Source: Eledone cirrhosa (taxonomy: Eukaryota). From it: a stretch of DNA of 64,000 bases. Numbering within the stretch: position 1 is the first letter of the stretch; each line of letters begins with the position of its first letter. The translations under genes were made by a program, and so were the position numbers. The stretch is from contig OZ024751.1 of the NCBI GenBank assembly GCA_964016885.1, positions 16,306,001 through 16,370,000 on the forward strand, given 5' to 3'. This document shows positions 59,709-64,000 of the stretch, piece by piece. Below the pieces are notes generated by a model. It saw only the letters and a program-made list of their open reading frames with translations, did no database searches and was not told the origin of the DNA.

Positions 59709-61272
59709 TGGTTGACAATTATACTAATGTGCACAGACACTCAGATATATTGTCCTTGGTATGACAGTGTGGTTTTAGCTCAATGTAGGATAACTAGTAT
59801 ACTACAGAGCCGTTATAAATTTAGGAATAACCAAAGAGTCCTTAGAAATACATTGTTTTATTTGCTAACATTGTTTTATCCATACCCTAGGGCAGGAATC
59901 ATCAGAGCCTATAATCAAAAGTATATCAAAGGTTGCAGGCTCCATCGAGCCTAGTCACCAGAACAATACATGATACATACAATGTCACAAAAAATTACAT
60001 CATTAAAAATTAGGTCAAATGTTTATCACATAAATGGTGCAATCGATCATAAGGAGGTTGAGAGAGGACAACAAGAAATGAATGAGGCTGTTACTCAGCA
60101 TGATAAAAAAACAAACCAAGCATATATACATCAATTCACAAGCAGTGCAAGTACATGATTTACAGGCAGAGTATGAAAGCTTGTAAGCAGGAATCAGTAA
60201 ACAGAAAAGTTGGTTAGCTGTGGTGCAGCTTTACAGACAGGATTGTTTATAGGAAAATGGTCCACTCCAGTAGAATCGCCTTGTAACAGGTTGATTTCTC
60301 CATATCCGGCCACGACCCTCTATCCATTGGTTCTAGCTCCAAGCATTAGGCGGCATAATACCAGGTTTCCAAATACACGCATAGCGGATCATTCCACAGT
60401 GGAAGTCTGCAACTAACACCTTAAATCCAGAACAGAATACAATGCAATGAGGTAAAGCGGAGTCTATGCACTGTTGGATATCCAATGAAGGAAGTGGAAA
60501 TAAAACGGGTCCGCAATAACTGCTATCTCTCACAGTCTTCACGTTCGGTTACGCAACCCGACGTCCCACGTGAAATACACAGTATGGCCTAGTCTGCATC
60601 TGGCTAAAGTGCCATACAATATGTAAATATACTACAGTAAATGCTATTCGTAATGGCTAATTAGTCTCGTAGACAGAAAGCGTATATAGAAAACTCCGCC
60701 TATGGAATTACCTAGGGCAGAGTGAAGGAAAAGCAGTGATGGCGAGCTTATTAGAATAAGTGTAAATGTCTGGTGTGTGCAAGTACTGCAGAAGATGTAG
60801 TAAGCTAACGGCTAGAACTACCGATGACAACAATGTTGTTTACATGTCCACCGCGTGGTTTTCGTGTAGATCACTGAATCTGGAAGTTGTAATCCTTTCA
60901 CAGTCGGGTATAACTCCTCCTGGCTCGGCTGGAAGTCAATATCAACTGTCGCACTTTGCCTTTAATGTGGTTTTATAATTTATCGTATTCTCAGCACAAT
61001 TCATATTCCACAATTTCAATATTTACCTTCTCATTAGTAACTTCCAACGGTTGTCAAAATACGAACGCAGGAAGTCGTTCTGCGCTTATGAAAAGAAAGC
61101 GGCTCGGGTGGATTACGTCCCACAAGATCGATCAAACCCCGGTAGAGCTTGAATCGAACAACGTGTTTTCCCCAAGCGTCCCGGGGATATCTAATGAATC
61201 CGCCTTTTATGACGCGAGCTGCCTCCCATACTTTTCATGTCTATCTCTATGTTTGTGTTTCCTTTATTCTCT

Positions 61273-61309
<37 letters not shown>

Positions 61310-61342
61310 ACCAAATAGTGCTTAGAAATACATTGTTTTATT

Positions 61343-61389
61343 AGCTAACAGTGTTTCATCCGTACCCTAGGGCAGGAATCATCAGAGCC
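61343..61389 (-). ncRNA. Type I hammerhead motif in a ~140-bp direct repeat (61306-61446; other copy 59826-59966 with GAAA changed to AAAA)
   Basis: GGCT-CTGATGA-T-TCC-TGCCC-TA-GGGTA-C-GGA-T-GAAAC-ACT-GTT-AGCT. Confidence 0.8.
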
Positions 61390-61599
61390 TATAAACAAGA
61401 GTATATCAATAGTTGCGTGCTCCATGAAGCTGTGTCACCAGAACAAGGTTCAGGTGCCAGCAGGGGGGTCCCGAGGCCAGCGCTAAATATGTTTATGTGA
61501 CGGAATAGCCATCACGATTTACATTTACAGCGGTATAATTGTATACGGTATGACAATTTGTTTCGATGCCGATTTGGCCTTACAGTGAATTTCACTTGG

Positions 61600-62036
61600 G
61601 ACGTTGGATTGACTGACAGACGTTGGATTGACTGACTGACGTTGGATTGACTGACTGACGTTGGATTGACTGACAGACGTTGGATTGACTGACAGACGTT
61701 GGATTGACTGACTGACGTTGGATTGACTGACAGACGTTGGATTGACTGACTGACGTTGGATTGACTGACTGACGTTGGATTGACTGACTGACGTTGGATT
61801 GACTGACAGACGTTGGATTGACTGACAGACGTTGGATTGACTGACAGACGTTGGATTGACTGACTGACGTTGGATTGACTGACAGACGTTGGATTGACTG
61901 ACTGACGTTGGATTGACTGACATACGTTGGATTGACTGACTGACGTTGGATTGACTGACTGACGTTGGATTGACTGACTGACGTTGGATTGACTGACAGA
62001 CGTTGGATTGACTGACTGACGTTGGATTGACTGACC
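61600..62036. repeat. 19-bp minisatellite ACGTTGGATTGACTGAC(A/T)G, about 23 copies
   Basis: Directly visible; essentially two unit variants. Confidence 0.95.
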
Positions 62037-62984
62037 GAACGTGAGGACTTTGAGAGATTGCAATTATTGCGAACCTGTCGTATTTTCAATTTCCTCACTG
62101 GAGAGCCGGCTGTACATATACCCTACCTCTCTTCAACTCATCGTACTTTATTTTATTTTATTTTAGATTTAGGGGTTTATCGCTGACTGCCTATCCGGAT
62201 ACATCCCTGGAGTATATGTTTTGGAAACATAGTGTCACTTCGCCTAACGTTCGGAACTGGAACCAATGGATGTTGGATAAAATGTTATTTGCAGTATTTG
62301 TTTTGGTTACTTTATATTCTGAGTTCAGATTCCACCGAGGTCTACTTTTCCTTTCATTCTTCCGGAGTCGAGTGATTATTAGTATATCAGTTAAGTACTG
62401 GAGTTGAACTAATCAACTTTATTCTGGAGTTGAACTAATCAACTTTATTCTCTGCCCCTCCCCCACGAAACATTTGCTGTTCATCGTACCTAAATTATAA
62501 ATCGATATTATCACTGCTTCTATTTAAATAAATTCTACTCTCAAAATATTTTCGCCACTATAATCATTCAATATTCAACATAAAACAAATGCCTGAATAT
62601 TTTCACTGCATTTTTAGGAAAAATTATTCCTTTTTTCATTTCTCCTAGGTCATACCAATTCACATAAATCTATTCATTGTTTTAACCTGATACGCCCTCT
62701 CATACTTCTATCTCTGAATCTTCCTATATATTAATTCCTAAATATTTCATGGAATATTAGGCTAGAAAAGGCTTATTTTAGAAGATACTCATATAAAATT
62801 CTATTCAGTTATTAAATTTTTTCCATTTTTCCCAAATTACAGTAAAATTCTTTGTCTTATTCTTTTGTTTGTTTCCAAGTTTCTGCACTGAAAAGATAGA
62901 GAATGTTCCCTGTGTGTTCACTTGTTAAGTATTGATAGTTTTCTTGTTTGTGTTGCTTTTATTGTATCACATTTCAGACTTTCT

Positions 62985-63663
62985 ATGTAGTTCTTATGTG
63001 TTTTTGTTTTTGTTGTTGTTGTTTTTAGTTGTTGTTGTATTATATTTTGGGCTTCCAATGTTTTTGTTGTTGTTGCTAGTGTTGTTGTTGTTGTTTTTGC
63101 TTTTGATATTATTGTTGTTGTTGTTGGTGTTATTATTTTTTGTTGTTGTCGTTGTTTTTAGTTATTGTTATTGTATTATATTTTAGGCTTCCAATGTTGT
63201 TGTTGGTGTTGTTGTTGCTAGTGTTTTTGTTGTTATTGTTGTTGTTATTATTGTTGTAGTTGTTTTTGTTTTTGTTGTTGGTGTTTTTAGTTGTATTATA
63301 TTTTAGGCCTCCAATGTTGGTGTTGTTGTTGCTGTTAGTGTTGTTGTTGCTGTAGTAGTTTGGTTTTGTTGTTATTGTTGTTGTTGTTGTTTCTGTTGTT
63401 ATTGTTGTTGTAATTTTGTTTTTGTTGTTATTGTTGTTGTTTTTCTTTTTGTTTTTCTTTTTTTGTTGTTGTTATTGTTGTTGTTAGTGATGTTGTTTTT
63501 TGTTGTTGCCTTTGTTTTTAGTTGTTGTAATTAGGCTTCCATTGTTGTTGTTGTTGTTGCTGCATCAAATCTGCTATTGTATTTATTATTGTTGTTACTT
63601 TTGTTACTGATACTGCTAATGTTGCAGTTGCAGCAACTGCTGTTATCGCTATAGTTGTTTTTA

Positions 63664-63695
<32 letters not shown>

Positions 63696-63975
63696 ACTGC
63701 TAGTAATGTTATCGTTGCATAAGCTGTTGTTGTTGCTGTTGCTGTTGTTGCCGTTGCTATTTTTCTCCGTGTAGTGAAGTGGTAATGATGTGGTAGATAA
63801 TAAAGTGGCTGTTATGTTACTGTTGCTGTTACTGCTAGCGATGATGATGATGATAATGATGATGATGATGATGATGATGATGTTGGGCATCACCGTTATC
63901 CTCTTTCCTCCTCCTCTCTCTCATCATTGTTATCATCATCAACATCATCATCATAATCATCAACATTATTATTAT
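62985..63975. repeat. (TTG)n-rich low-complexity region with recurring GGCTTCCAATG, then (GAT)n/(ATC)n
   Basis: Directly visible. Confidence 0.85.
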
Positions 63976-64000
63976 TATCGGTGGATTGGCAGTATCGGTA

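Noticed and set aside
61600-62036. CRISPR-like or coding (SVSQSN/SVNPT) interpretation of the 19-bp array
   Set aside because: No unique spacers, eukaryotic context, unit length not a multiple of three

Overview
AT-rich, microsatellite-saturated animal DNA, probably octopus (inferred from the repeat make-up, not verified). No host protein-coding gene is visible; almost all supplied ORFs are microsatellite artefacts. The window is a patchwork of transposon relics (Penelope-like GIY-YIG fragments, R4/Dong, RTE, CR1-group and CRE-like LINE ends, mariner/hAT MITEs, a Helitron-like element, many tRNA-derived SINEs) plus one intron-containing tRNA-Tyr-like gene. The main signal is about 20 loci, from many sequence-unrelated families, carrying type I hammerhead ribozyme (HHR) motifs, mostly embedded in (TA)n. 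Many share one layout: (TA)n - inverted arm - sense arm with HHR - short tail opening with an ACTC..GAGT/GCTC..GAGC hairpin - (TA)n. One copy keeps a Penelope GIY-YIG ORF and one forms a near-identical 557-bp tandem array. All RNA pairings were read by eye, nothing was folded computationally or tested, and repeat boundaries are approximate.
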